Sequence record: SRR22947725_186
Strand: one strand, 5' to 3'
DNA length: 37,971 bases
The notes beneath the pieces were generated by a model that was given only the letters and a program-made list of their open reading frames with translations, did no database searches and was not told where the DNA came from. Position numbers and translations under genes: made by a program. Below, piece by piece: positions 18,101-26,167 of this stretch (position 1 is its first letter; each line of letters opens with the position of its first letter).

Positions 18101-19616
18101 TTAGTTGGGTTTTTTCTGAAAGAACAGCAAGTGGTGTGTCTGAACCCATTGATCCAATTGCTTCTTTCGAGTGTTGTGCCATTGGAGTGATTATTTCTTG
18201 AATATCTTCTGTAGTATAGTTGTAAAGTCTTTGTCTTGTTTTTAACGAAATAGATTCTTTTAATTGATTTTCTTTTGAATAGGGAATGTCTTTTAATTCA
18301 ATCATTTGATCCTTTATCCATTTTCCATATGGCCTTTTGGTAGTTATTTTGTTTTTAATTTCATCATCATTTATTATTCTTCCCTTATTCATGTCAACTA
18401 AAAACATTTTACCTGGTTCAAGTCGTCCATGAGATAAAATGTTTTCTGGCTGAATGTCAATTACTCCAATTTCAGAGGACATGATTAATCTTCCATCTTT
18501 TGTTATGCTATACCTTGATGGCCTAAGCCCATTTCTGTCTAAAAGAGCACCTATATAGTCCCCGTCTGTAAATGGTATCGATGCTGGCCCGTCCCATGGT
18601 TCCATTATGCATGAATTATATTTATAAAATGCTTTTCTTTCCTCGGGCATATTTGTATGTTTTTCCCAAGCTTCAGGAATCATCATCATCATTACTTCAG
18701 GAAGACTTCTGTCAGTTAGTGTTAAAAGTTCAACAACCATATCCATAGATGCAGAATCTGATTTTCCTTTTAAAATTATCGGAAACAGATCTTTTATGTG
18801 CTCTCCAAAATCTTCACTCTGCATAATTTCTTCTCGAACTCTCATTCTGCTCAAGTTGCCTCTTAATGTGTTTATTTCTCCATTTTGACACATGAACCTA
18901 AACGGTTGTGCGAGTTCCCAAGACGGAAGGGTGTTTGTTGAAAATCTTTGGTGAACTAATGCTAGTCTAGTCACTAGTTCTGGTTGTTGTAAGTCAGTAA
19001 AGTATAGTCCAATTGTTTCAGGCTTTATAATTCCCTTATAAATAATAGTTGTAATTGAAAGGCTGTTAACATAGAAAGAATTGCAGTCAGACACTTTTGA
19101 ATTATAAATTTTGTTTTCTGCTATTTTTCTGGCAATATATAGTTTGATTTTAAATTCTTTTTCGGAAATATTTTTTGACTTTTTAATAAATACTTGTTCG
19201 CTTACTGGTTCTGATTTTGATGCAATTTCACCTAAAAAAGAACTAATAACAGGAACATTTCTCCATCCAATTATTTCTAAACCTTGTTTTTTAACTTCAC
19301 TTGAGAAAATATCCCTAAAAAAATCTGTTTGATTTTTAGGAATAAATAGCATTCCTACAGCATAATTTCTTTCTTTTGGAATATCAAATTCGCAAACTTT
19401 TTTAAAATAGCTATGCGGTATGTCAATAAGGAGTCCTGCCCCATCTCCTGTAACTCCATCTGAACTAACTCCACCCCTATGTTTGAGTTTGATTAATATT
19501 TCAAGAGCATCATGAATTATTTGATTAGTTTTCTCACCATTTAAATTACATATAAATCCTGCACCGCAATTTTCATGCTCGTATTCTGGTCTGTATAACC
19601 CTTGTTTTTTAAACAT
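15117..19616 (-). CDS. gltB: Glutamate synthase large (alpha) subunit
   Basis: 'EHENCGAGF' (Ntn Cys), 'HQRFSTNT', 'EPWDGPA', 'IKMAQGAKPGEGGQLPG', 3Fe-4S motif 'CIMMRKCHLNTCPVG', GXGXG C-domain. Start set at ATG 19616 (MFKKQGLY) rather than 19661. Confidence 0.97.
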   Translation of the reverse strand: MFKKQGLYRPEYEHENCGAGFICNLNGEKTNQIIHDALEILIKLKHRGGVSSDGVTGDGAGLLIDIPHSYFKKVCEFDIPKERNYAVGMLFIPKNQTDFFRDIFSSEVKKQGLEIIGWRNVPVISSFLGEIASKSEPVSEQVFIKKSKNISEKEFKIKLYIARKIAENKIYNSKVSDCNSFYVNSLSITTIIYKGIIKPETIGLYFTDLQQPELVTRLALVHQRFSTNTLPSWELAQPFRFMCQNGEINTLRGNLSRMRVREEIMQSEDFGEHIKDLFPIILKGKSDSASMDMVVELLTLTDRSLPEVMMMMIPEAWEKHTNMPEERKAFYKYNSCIMEPWDGPASIPFTDGDYIGALLDRNGLRPSRYSITKDGRLIMSSEIGVIDIQPENILSHGRLEPGKMFLVDMNKGRIINDDEIKNKITTKRPYGKWIKDQMIELKDIPYSKENQLKESISLKTRQRLYNYTTEDIQEIITPMAQHSKEAIGSMGSDTPLAVLSEKTQLIYNYFKQLFAQVTNPPLDGIREEIVTDISLSLGHDKNLFDISSRQCRKLKIQNPVISNRDLHKIRQIDSKGFKSRTIKILYNKSKGLNGIEDSLDRIINEVERSIDEGCNIIILSDKNANKTNAPIPALLACSFVHHSLNKRRKRSYFDIIIESAEPREPHHFASLFGYGASAINPYMVNEIIKTQVREGFIKGYTEIEAVINFNKAIGKGILKIMNKIGISTLHSYRGSQLFEIVGFNSEFSKKYFPYTTSRIEGIGLYEIEKEISKRYDYAFPLIDEKNKLKLNIGGEYRWRRNGERHMFNPTTVTKIQQAVRLNDQKSYDVYADNINKQSERLMTIRGLFEFNDYDPIPIDEVEPWTEIVKRFKTGAMSYGSISKEAHENLAIAMNRIGGKSNSGEGGEDKKRFEIMKNGDNKNSAIKQVASGRFGVSSNYLTNAKEIQIKMAQGAKPGEGGQLPGEKVFPWIAEVRNSTPFVGLISPPPHHDIYSIEDLAQLIYDLKNANREARINVKLVSEVGVGTIAAGVAKAKADVVLVSGYDGGTGASPLTSLKHAGLPWELGIAEAQQALVLNNLRSRIVVECDGQLKTGRDVAIAALLGAEEFGFATAPLVASGCIMMRKCHLNTCPVGIATQDKELRKNFKGKPEHVINFFYFVANELREIMALLGFKTMNEMIGQTQKINTSKAINHYKAKGLDFSSILYQPFDPKTTTLRNIENQDHNLYNVLDIKIVKSAQKAIHYGIETNLSYKIKNTDRSVGAILSNEISKKYKDIGLPDNTINIDFTGSAGQSFGAFAANGITFKLEGNTNDFLGKGLSGATISVKKPEKADFKAEENIIAGNVCLFGAISGNVYINGIAGERFAVRNSGANAVVEGIGDHGCEYMTGGKVIILGKTGRNFAAGMSGGIAYIYDKENNFINGLCNTESIEFENLSTEDNIHLKHHITEHVKYTNSSLGKKILSNWRKDSSHFVKVMPTEYKKALENILQNQKTTNKL

Positions 19617-19870
19617 GTTTTCTGCTTTGTTTAGTTTGTTGGGGAAGACTAATATATACACAACTATTACTAAAAAAAAATATCAAATAATATTTAGGGA
19701 TTATGCATTTTAGGCTATAAAAAAAAATTAATTTAGTGTTTAAATCAATATATTCTGATGATTTAATAATGAATTATTTTAAATTTATATAAATTTAGAA
19801 TTGTAGTATAAATTATAGCATTAAATAAATTATATATAAATTTTTAACTATAATTTTATAGAATTATTAT

Positions 19871-19970
19871 AATATGTTAAATTGTTTTGAATTATAAATT
19901 ATAATTTTTTTAATTTTTTGATGCTTTTTTTTTTGTTTTTACAATTTACATACTTCCAATTTAACATATT
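19871..19970. promoter_or_regulatory. 14-bp perfect inverted repeat in the gltB/porin-amt divergent promoter region
   Basis: AATATGTTAAATTG (19871-19884) and CAATTTAACATATT (19957-19970), 72-bp spacer. Confidence 0.4.
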
Positions 19971-20062
19971 CGTAAAAATTTTATTTAACTCATTATTTTT
20001 AATAAACTTCTTTTTTTTTAACATAGATTTAATGACTTATTAATATAAAAAATAGAAAAATT

Positions 20063-20692
20063 ATGAAAAATTTATTTACATTTTTATTTATCTCATTTAT
20101 TTCAATCTTTACCTCTTTTGGTCAAGAAATAAGTGCAGACGTTGTTAGTCGTTATGTCTGGAGAGGGACTCAATTTGGAGATTCTGGGCATATTCAACCT
20201 ACTCTATCTTACTCTACTGGTGATTTCGAAATTGGTGCTTGGGGAAGTTTTGCACTTTCTGGTAATGATGGTGGTTCTGAGTTAGACCTTTATATTTCTT
20301 ACGATCTAGGTTTTGCTTCACTTACACTTACTAACTACACATTCCCGGGAGATGCTAGTGCATCTATAATTCCAGATGACTTTTTTGGAGTAGAGGGATA
20401 CGAGTTAAGTACAGGATTTGATCTAGGCCCTGTTGGAATGACTGTAGGTTATTTTACTGAGACTGAAGATTTATACATTGAAACTGGATTTTCTTTAGGA
20501 TCTCTTGATGTAGCAATTGGTGGTGGAAATGAAGTATATACTTTAGATGGCGATTTTGCTGTCTGTAACGTTTCATTAGGAACTTCAAAAGAAATTAAAA
20601 TTACAGAGAATTACTCTTTACCTTTGTTTGGTTCTTTTGTTTATAACCCCGATACAACTGATGCCTTTTTAGTATTTGGCGCTAGTTTCTAA
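20063..20692 (+). CDS. Small outer-membrane beta-barrel, TorF/putative porin-like
   Basis: Signal peptide, 'ADVVSRYVWRG', 'IQPTLSY', 'EIGAWGS', 'SELDLYISY', alternating beta pattern, terminal Phe (VFGASF). Confidence 0.7.
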   Translation: MKNLFTFLFISFISIFTSFGQEISADVVSRYVWRGTQFGDSGHIQPTLSYSTGDFEIGAWGSFALSGNDGGSELDLYISYDLGFASLTLTNYTFPGDASASIIPDDFFGVEGYELSTGFDLGPVGMTVGYFTETEDLYIETGFSLGSLDVAIGGGNEVYTLDGDFAVCNVSLGTSKEIKITENYSLPLFGSFVYNPDTTDAFLVFGASF

Positions 20693-20715
20693 TATTAATC
20701 ATTAAAAATTTAATT

Positions 20716-22056
20716 ATGTATTATATATTTAATTTATTTATTTCCTTATTTCAAGAATCTTCTTTGATTGAAATAACGGATAACATTTCAGCCGAAGATC
20801 TTTCTGCAGCAGTTGATGCTGTAAAAAGTGATTTGTATGGAGACATGGGAATGCTTTGGATGCTAATTGCAGGTATTTTGGTCTTTTTCATGCAAGCAGG
20901 TTTTACATTAGTTGAGTCAGGTATGACTAGATCTAAAAATGCAGTAAATATTGCTATGAAAAACTTGTTAGATATTACAGTTGGTTCAATAACCTATTGG
21001 TTTGTAGGATACTCTTTAATGTATGGTAGTTCTGAAAATGGCTATTTCTTTTGGAGTGGTATAATGCAAGGGGAAGGAGCTGATCTATTTTTCCAAACAA
21101 TGTTTGCTGCTACAGCTGCAACAATTGTTTCAGGTGCAATAGCTGGAAGAACCAAATATTCTACCTATGCTATATTTACGTTAGTAATGACTGCTTTCAT
21201 TTATCCTATTGCAGGTGGTTGGGAATGGAACGGAGGCTTTTTAAATACTGCTTCATTTATGCCAGCTGAATTTATAGATTTTGCAGGATCTTCAATAGTT
21301 CACTCTGTAGGTGGTTGGGCAGCTTTAGTTGGAGCGTACATGGTTGGTCCAAGAATTGGAAAATTCGTTGACGGAAAAGTTATTCCTTTTCCTGGTCATA
21401 ATCAAATTTTAGCAACCCTTGGAGTTTTTATTCTATGGTTAGGATGGTTTGGTTTTAATGGAGGATCTCAATTAGCATGGGGTGGGCCTGATGCTATTGC
21501 TGCTTCGAATGTTGTTTTATATACAAACTTAGCTGCTGCAGCTGGTGCCTTTGGTGCATTAGTTACAACTTGGATATGGTATGGAAAACCTAATTTAGTT
21601 CAATCATTAAATGGAGCATTAGCAGGACTTGTAAGTATTACTGCTGGATGTGGAAATATGACTGCCGTTGGATCTGTATTAGCTGGTCTAATTGGTGGTA
21701 TTATAGTTGTTTTTTCAATTGAATTTATTGAGAAAAAACTAAAAATTGACGATGCAATCGGTGCTGCTTCAGTTCATGGAGTAGCTGGTGTATGGGGTAC
21801 CTTAGTTATTGGGCTTTGGGGTGTTGATGGAGATACAGGAATTGGCCTCTTTAATGGGGGTGGAGCATCACAGCTAGGTGCTCAAGCTATTGGAGTTTTA
21901 GCATATGCCATATGGGCTACTGTTTTAGCATTTTTAGTTTTTGGAATACTTAAAAAGACGATTGGACTTAGAGTTTCTGAAGAAGTAGAAATAGCCGGCT
22001 TAGATGAATCCGAGCATGGTTCTATTGCTTACGCAGGTGAAAGAAAAAGAAAATGA
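20716..22056 (+). CDS. amt: Ammonium transporter (Amt family)
   Basis: 'VFFMQAGF...E.G', 'FFQTMFAAT', 'DFAGSSIVH', 'LWLGWFGFNGGS', 'IDDAIGAASVHG', 'GLDESEHG'; twin His intact. Confidence 0.96.
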   Translation: MYYIFNLFISLFQESSLIEITDNISAEDLSAAVDAVKSDLYGDMGMLWMLIAGILVFFMQAGFTLVESGMTRSKNAVNIAMKNLLDITVGSITYWFVGYSLMYGSSENGYFFWSGIMQGEGADLFFQTMFAATAATIVSGAIAGRTKYSTYAIFTLVMTAFIYPIAGGWEWNGGFLNTASFMPAEFIDFAGSSIVHSVGGWAALVGAYMVGPRIGKFVDGKVIPFPGHNQILATLGVFILWLGWFGFNGGSQLAWGGPDAIAASNVVLYTNLAAAAGAFGALVTTWIWYGKPNLVQSLNGALAGLVSITAGCGNMTAVGSVLAGLIGGIIVVFSIEFIEKKLKIDDAIGAASVHGVAGVWGTLVIGLWGVDGDTGIGLFNGGGASQLGAQAIGVLAYAIWATVLAFLVFGILKKTIGLRVSEEVEIAGLDESEHGSIAYAGERKRK

Positions 22057-22089
22057 TTTAATAATTAGTTTGTTTTGTTGATAGTGGTT

Positions 22090-22123
22090 AAAATGGCTTA
22101 GAAATTTATTTCTAGGCCATTTT
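22090..22123. terminator. Probably bidirectional intrinsic terminator between amt and purT
   Basis: AAAATGGCTTAGAAA (22090-22104), loop TTTA, TTTCTAGGCCATTTT (22109-22123), between convergent genes. Confidence 0.8.
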
Positions 22124-22125
22124 GC

Positions 22126-23286
22126 TTAATCTAGCCTTATTTTAGACGCAACTTCTTTCGCTTTTTGAACTAGGATTGAGGTATCTTCTTTCCCATATGC
22201 TAAAGACACTGCCATTCTTCTATATTTTCTAGTGTTTGGTTTTCCAAAAATTTTAAAGTCAGTGTTTTTGAATTTTGCAGCTTCTTCTAACCCTGAGATT
22301 ATTGGATAATTTTTGTTTTCATATTGTGCTAATACAACTGCAGAAGCTCCATTTTGAATTAAGGGTATCGAAATTATAGGGATTCCTAAAATAGCTCTTG
22401 CATGAAGTTCAAATTCTGAAAAGTTTTGTGTCCCAGCTAGAGTTACCATTCCAGTATCGTGAGGTCTAGGAGATAGTTCTGAAAAATAAACTGAATCATC
22501 TATTATGAAAAACTCTACACCCCAAATTCCACTTCCCCCCAGTGCTTTTGTAATCTTATCAGCCATCTCTTGTGCTGTTTTCAAGTGACTATCTTCCATT
22601 TTCATTGGCTGCCAACTTTCTTGATAATCACCTCTTTCTTGTCGATGTCCAATAGGAGGACAGAACAAAGTATTGTTATTATTTTGGGTGAGTGTAAGAA
22701 GGGTTATTTCATAATCAAAGGATATGAACTCTTCAACAATTACCTCCATTAAATCTCCTCTTGATCCTTGTAGCGCTTCATCCCATGATTTTTCAATATC
22801 AGACTCATTCCTAATCACAGATTGACCTTTGCCAGATGATGACATAAGAGGCTTGACTACGCAAGGCATTCCTGTATATTCCACTCCTTTTACTAGTTCA
22901 TCATATGATTTAGCGTATTTGTATTTTGCAGTTTTTAATCCTAAATCTTTAAAGGCTAAATCTCTAATTGATTTTCTATTCATCGTAAAATTTGCCGCCT
23001 TTGCAGATGGAATTACATTGTAGCCTTGTTTCTCATAATCATAAAAACGTTCAGTTCGAATACTTTCTATTTCAGGAACTATAAAATCTGGTTTATGCTT
23101 GTCAACAATTTTATCCAATTCAAATCCATTTAGCATATCAATAACCTCAAATTCATGAGCAACCTGCATTGCTGGAGCATTTTTGTAGTTATCTACAGCT
23201 ATTATATATTGACCTAATCTTTGCATTGCAATTACAAATTCTTTGCCTAATTCCCCTGAACCTAATAATAGTATTTTATTTCTCAT
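22126..23286 (-). CDS. purT: Formate-dependent phosphoribosylglycinamide formyltransferase
   Basis: '[10 protein letters not shown]', 'APAMQVAH', '[13 protein letters not shown]', 'GDYQESWQP', '[14 protein letters not shown]', 'FGKP...RRM'. Confidence 0.97.
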   Translation of the reverse strand: MRNKILLLGSGELGKEFVIAMQRLGQYIIAVDNYKNAPAMQVAHEFEVIDMLNGFELDKIVDKHKPDFIVPEIESIRTERFYDYEKQGYNVIPSAKAANFTMNRKSIRDLAFKDLGLKTAKYKYAKSYDELVKGVEYTGMPCVVKPLMSSSGKGQSVIRNESDIEKSWDEALQGSRGDLMEVIVEEFISFDYEITLLTLTQNNNNTLFCPPIGHRQERGDYQESWQPMKMEDSHLKTAQEMADKITKALGGSGIWGVEFFIIDDSVYFSELSPRPHDTGMVTLAGTQNFSEFELHARAILGIPIISIPLIQNGASAVVLAQYENKNYPIISGLEEAAKFKNTDFKIFGKPNTRKYRRMAVSLAYGKEDTSILVQKAKEVASKIRLD

Positions 23287-23524
23287 GTTGCTAAATTAAT
23301 AAATCTTATATCGCATCATTTTTTTTGCCAACATTTAAAGCAGGACATAACAATGTCTGTTAATTTTTTTTATCTATTTCAATTTAAAAATTGATTTATT
23401 ATAATGACAGCTTCATTTGTTATAATTATAATTCTTTAAATGTGTTAAATTTATTTTTTAATTAATTTCAGTACTACATTTTATAAAAATAATACAACAA
23501 TACTGAATTTTTTTGTTTGTAATC

Positions 23525-23560
23525 AAAAGGTTTTAAAATTTATTTTAGGGCCTTTTTTTT
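23525..23560 (+). terminator. Orphan intrinsic-terminator-like hairpin
   Basis: AAAAGGTTTTAAAA (23525-23538), loop TTTA, TTTTAGGGCCTTTT (23543-23556), T-run to 23560. Three G-U pairs imply a + strand RNA. Confidence 0.55.
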
Positions 23561-23602
23561 ATTATATATTAACTTAACTTTTAACAGTACAATTTATAAA
23601 AC

Positions 23603-23610
23603 TATATTTG
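23603..23610 (+). promoter_or_regulatory. Bacteroidota sigma-70 -7 element for era
   Basis: TATATTTG matches TAnnTTTG, 13 bp before the ATG. Confidence 0.6.
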
Positions 23611-23623
23611 AAAAAAAATATTA

Positions 23624-24502
23624 ATGCATAAAGCAGGTTTTGTAAATATTATAGGAAATCCAAACGTAGGTAAATCTACTTTGATGAATTCTTTTGTTGG
23701 TGAGAAGCTTTCCATTATAACGTCTAAGGCTCAAACTACAAGACATAGAATACTAGGAATAGTAAATGGCGATGAATTTCAAATGGTGATTTCTGATACT
23801 CCAGGAATAATTAAACCTGCATATGAGCTTCAGTCCTCAATGATGGACTTTGTAAAAGCAGCTCTTGATGATGCGGATGTACTTGTATACATGGTTGAAA
23901 TTGGTGAAAAAGATCTTAAGGATGAAAAATTCTTTGAAAAAATTATAAATTCTAAAATACCAATTATACTACTTATTAATAAAATTGATATTTCTAATCA
24001 AGAGGAGTTAGAGCAATATGCACTTATGTGGAAAGATAAAGTTCCAAATGCTGAAATATACCCAGTCTCTGCTTTAAAAAACTTTCAAATTAATGATGTT
24101 TTTGATAGAATTGTTGAGTTATTGCCTGAATCACCACCTTTTTATCCTAAAGATCAGTTAACTGATAAACCTGAGAGATTTTTTGTAAATGAAATCGTTA
24201 GAGAAAAAATACTTACTTACTACAAAAAAGAAATTCCATACTCTGTAGAAATTTTAACTGAAGAGTTTTTTGAAGAAGAAAAAATTATCAGAATCAGATC
24301 TGTTATTATGGTAGAAAGAGAAAGTCAAAAAGGAATTGTTATTGGCCATAAAGGTGTTGCTTTAAAAAGAGTCGGTACTTCTGCAAGACGTGATTTAGAA
24401 GCTTTCTTTGGAAAGCAAATTCATATTGAGCTTTATGTTAAAGTCAATAAAAATTGGAGAAGCAACCAAAACCAATTAAGAAGGTTTGGTTATAATAATT
24501 AA
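23624..24502 (+). CDS. era: GTPase Era
   Basis: 'GNPNVGKSTL', 'QTTRHRI', 'DTPG', 'NKID', KH domain 'QKGIVIGHKG'. Confidence 0.97.
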   Translation: MHKAGFVNIIGNPNVGKSTLMNSFVGEKLSIITSKAQTTRHRILGIVNGDEFQMVISDTPGIIKPAYELQSSMMDFVKAALDDADVLVYMVEIGEKDLKDEKFFEKIINSKIPIILLINKIDISNQEELEQYALMWKDKVPNAEIYPVSALKNFQINDVFDRIVELLPESPPFYPKDQLTDKPERFFVNEIVREKILTYYKKEIPYSVEILTEEFFEEEKIIRIRSVIMVERESQKGIVIGHKGVALKRVGTSARRDLEAFFGKQIHIELYVKVNKNWRSNQNQLRRFGYNN

Positions 24503-24600
24503 AACATTTTTTTTTTTAGTTATTATAATTACTACAATTATTTTAAACCCAAACACCCATTTATAATATTTTTAGATTATTAACTACTAAAAATATAAAA

Positions 24601-25275
24601 ATGAAAAAATTAATTTACCTATTATTTTTTATTACCACTTTTTCTTTTTCTCAAAATGCATTTATGGAATTTCAATTTGAGGCCAAAAGAGGAGCGCAGA
24701 CTGCTATTCTAGCTCTCACTGATGAGTTTTGGGGAGATGCTGAGTTTAAATCTGGAGGAATCAATATTCAAGCCTTTAACATTGGAAATGAAATTTCTAC
24801 ACACAGAATTGTTCTCTATGGAGATCCTGCAAATTGGGGAAGATCTGATTCTTTATCCAATGAGGACAAGTGGGCAGTATTTTCACACAAACTAAACAAT
24901 CATATAGAAAAATGGACTCATAGTTCATCTGGAAATGTTATTAGTTGGGTTGGAGATAATGATGACTATAAGTATGCTCAGATATATGAATTCAAAGCAA
25001 GTGATCCGAGTGCATTTAAAGCTGCTCACGATAAGCTTGTTAGCGAAATGTCCCCTACATTAAAAGGTGAGATTGGATTTGGAAGTTATGAAATTGGAGG
25101 TTATAATGGAGCCTCACATTGGGTTGTTGTTACCGCAAAAAACTGGAGTGATTTAATTGTTACAAGGAGAAATATGAAGGAATCATTAAGTAAACAATGG
25201 GAACAATACTATAAAGATAGAGGAGATGTAGAGCATATTAGAAATTACACCCTTAACACTGCCAAAAGGTATTAA
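24601..25275 (+). CDS. Secreted hypothetical protein, apparently two ferredoxin-like (dimeric alpha-beta barrel/NIPSNAP-like) repeats
   Basis: Signal 'MKKLIYLLFFITTFSFS-Q'; halves 'FQFEAKRG...AFNIGNEISTHRIV' and 'YEFKASD...SYEIGGYNGASHWVV'. The fold is inferred from pattern only. Confidence 0.6.
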   Translation: MKKLIYLLFFITTFSFSQNAFMEFQFEAKRGAQTAILALTDEFWGDAEFKSGGINIQAFNIGNEISTHRIVLYGDPANWGRSDSLSNEDKWAVFSHKLNNHIEKWTHSSSGNVISWVGDNDDYKYAQIYEFKASDPSAFKAAHDKLVSEMSPTLKGEIGFGSYEIGGYNGASHWVVVTAKNWSDLIVTRRNMKESLSKQWEQYYKDRGDVEHIRNYTLNTAKRY

Positions 25276-25304
25276 GATTATTATTAACTATAAAAAACGA
25301 TAAA

Positions 25305-26060
25305 ATGAAAAAATTACTAGTACTATTATTAATTCCATTTTTTGCTTTTTCTCAAACTAATCCTGACAGAGAATATTGGCAAACTAACAAATGGACACCA
25401 AAAAAAGGAATGAATGCTGAATTTGAAGCGGGAGTCGCTAAAAAGACAGATAAGTTTAACGGAACAGCTGAAACCTCTATGGCTACATATCAAATTATTA
25501 CTGGGCAAGACCAAGGTAAGTATATGAGAGTTATGGGAAATAGAGATTCTTCTGCATTTGATGAAGACAATACTGCTGAATTAGCATATTGGGGTAAACA
25601 TGTTATGCCTTATGTTGAGTCAAATGATGGAAATATAAGATGGTGGAGAATGAAAGATTTTAGTCAAAACTGGGATAATGATTTACCACCAGCTAGATTT
25701 GTAAAAATGACAACTTACACAATCAAAAGAGGTAAGATGTCAGATTTTTTAAGATTCTGGAGAAACAATACTAAATTACAGAAAGAATTAGGGTATTCTG
25801 GAATCACAGGACTATTTATGTTAGTTTCTGGTGGAGAATCTCAACAATTATTGGAAGTAGAGCCTTACAATAGTCATGCAGAGGGTATGGGTGAAATGAC
25901 AAACCCCGATGTTAATTATGTTGAAGAGTATAACAAAATGCATGGGTGGAGAACTCATCGTAATGATGAAAGGGCTGCAACTGCGGCTATTGAAGAATTA
26001 TGGGGTATTACTGTAGAGACTGCAGAACTGAATGTTGAAATGTCTTCAAAATTGAAGTAA
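25305..26060 (+). CDS. Secreted hypothetical protein, apparently two ferredoxin-like (NIPSNAP-like) repeats
   Basis: Signal 'MKKLLVLLLIPFFAFS-Q'; halves 'KWTPKKGMNAEFE...YQIITG' and 'TYTIKRGKMSDFL...FMLVSGG'. Confidence 0.6.
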   Translation: MKKLLVLLLIPFFAFSQTNPDREYWQTNKWTPKKGMNAEFEAGVAKKTDKFNGTAETSMATYQIITGQDQGKYMRVMGNRDSSAFDEDNTAELAYWGKHVMPYVESNDGNIRWWRMKDFSQNWDNDLPPARFVKMTTYTIKRGKMSDFLRFWRNNTKLQKELGYSGITGLFMLVSGGESQQLLEVEPYNSHAEGMGEMTNPDVNYVEEYNKMHGWRTHRNDERAATAAIEELWGITVETAELNVEMSSKLK

Positions 26061-26083
26061 ATTTCACTTAAGCTTATATTATG

Positions 26084-26119
26084 AAAAAAGTTGATTAATT
26101 TATTAATCAACTTTTTTTT
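26084..26119 (+). terminator. Intrinsic terminator after the two hypothetical genes
   Basis: AAAAAAGTTGATTAAT (26084-26099), TT, ATTAATCAACTTTTTT, continuing T-run. Confidence 0.75.
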
Positions 26120-26143
26120 ATGTAAAATTCTAGTTTTTAGCAT

Positions 26144-26151
26144 TACATTTG
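26144..26151 (+). promoter_or_regulatory. Bacteroidota sigma-70 -7 element for der
   Basis: TACATTTG followed by C matches TAnnTTTG; downstream of the terminator and 16 bp before the ATG. Confidence 0.7.
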
Positions 26152-26167
26152 CATTCATTTAAATGAT

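Noticed and set aside
19617..19661. 15-aa N-terminal extension of GltB from ATG 19661
   Set aside because: GltB similarity begins at MFKKQGLY (19616), which has an A-rich upstream context.
23287..23400. ZTP or purine riboswitch upstream of purT
   Set aside because: The minus-strand leader lacks the GC-rich conserved elements, and a promoter-like TAATTTAG lies immediately before the ATG.
24506..24520. Long poly-T tract after era, and similar tracts near 19925 and 20010, as phase-variation sites
   Set aside because: Intergenic homopolymers are expected at this AT content; none interrupts a reading frame.
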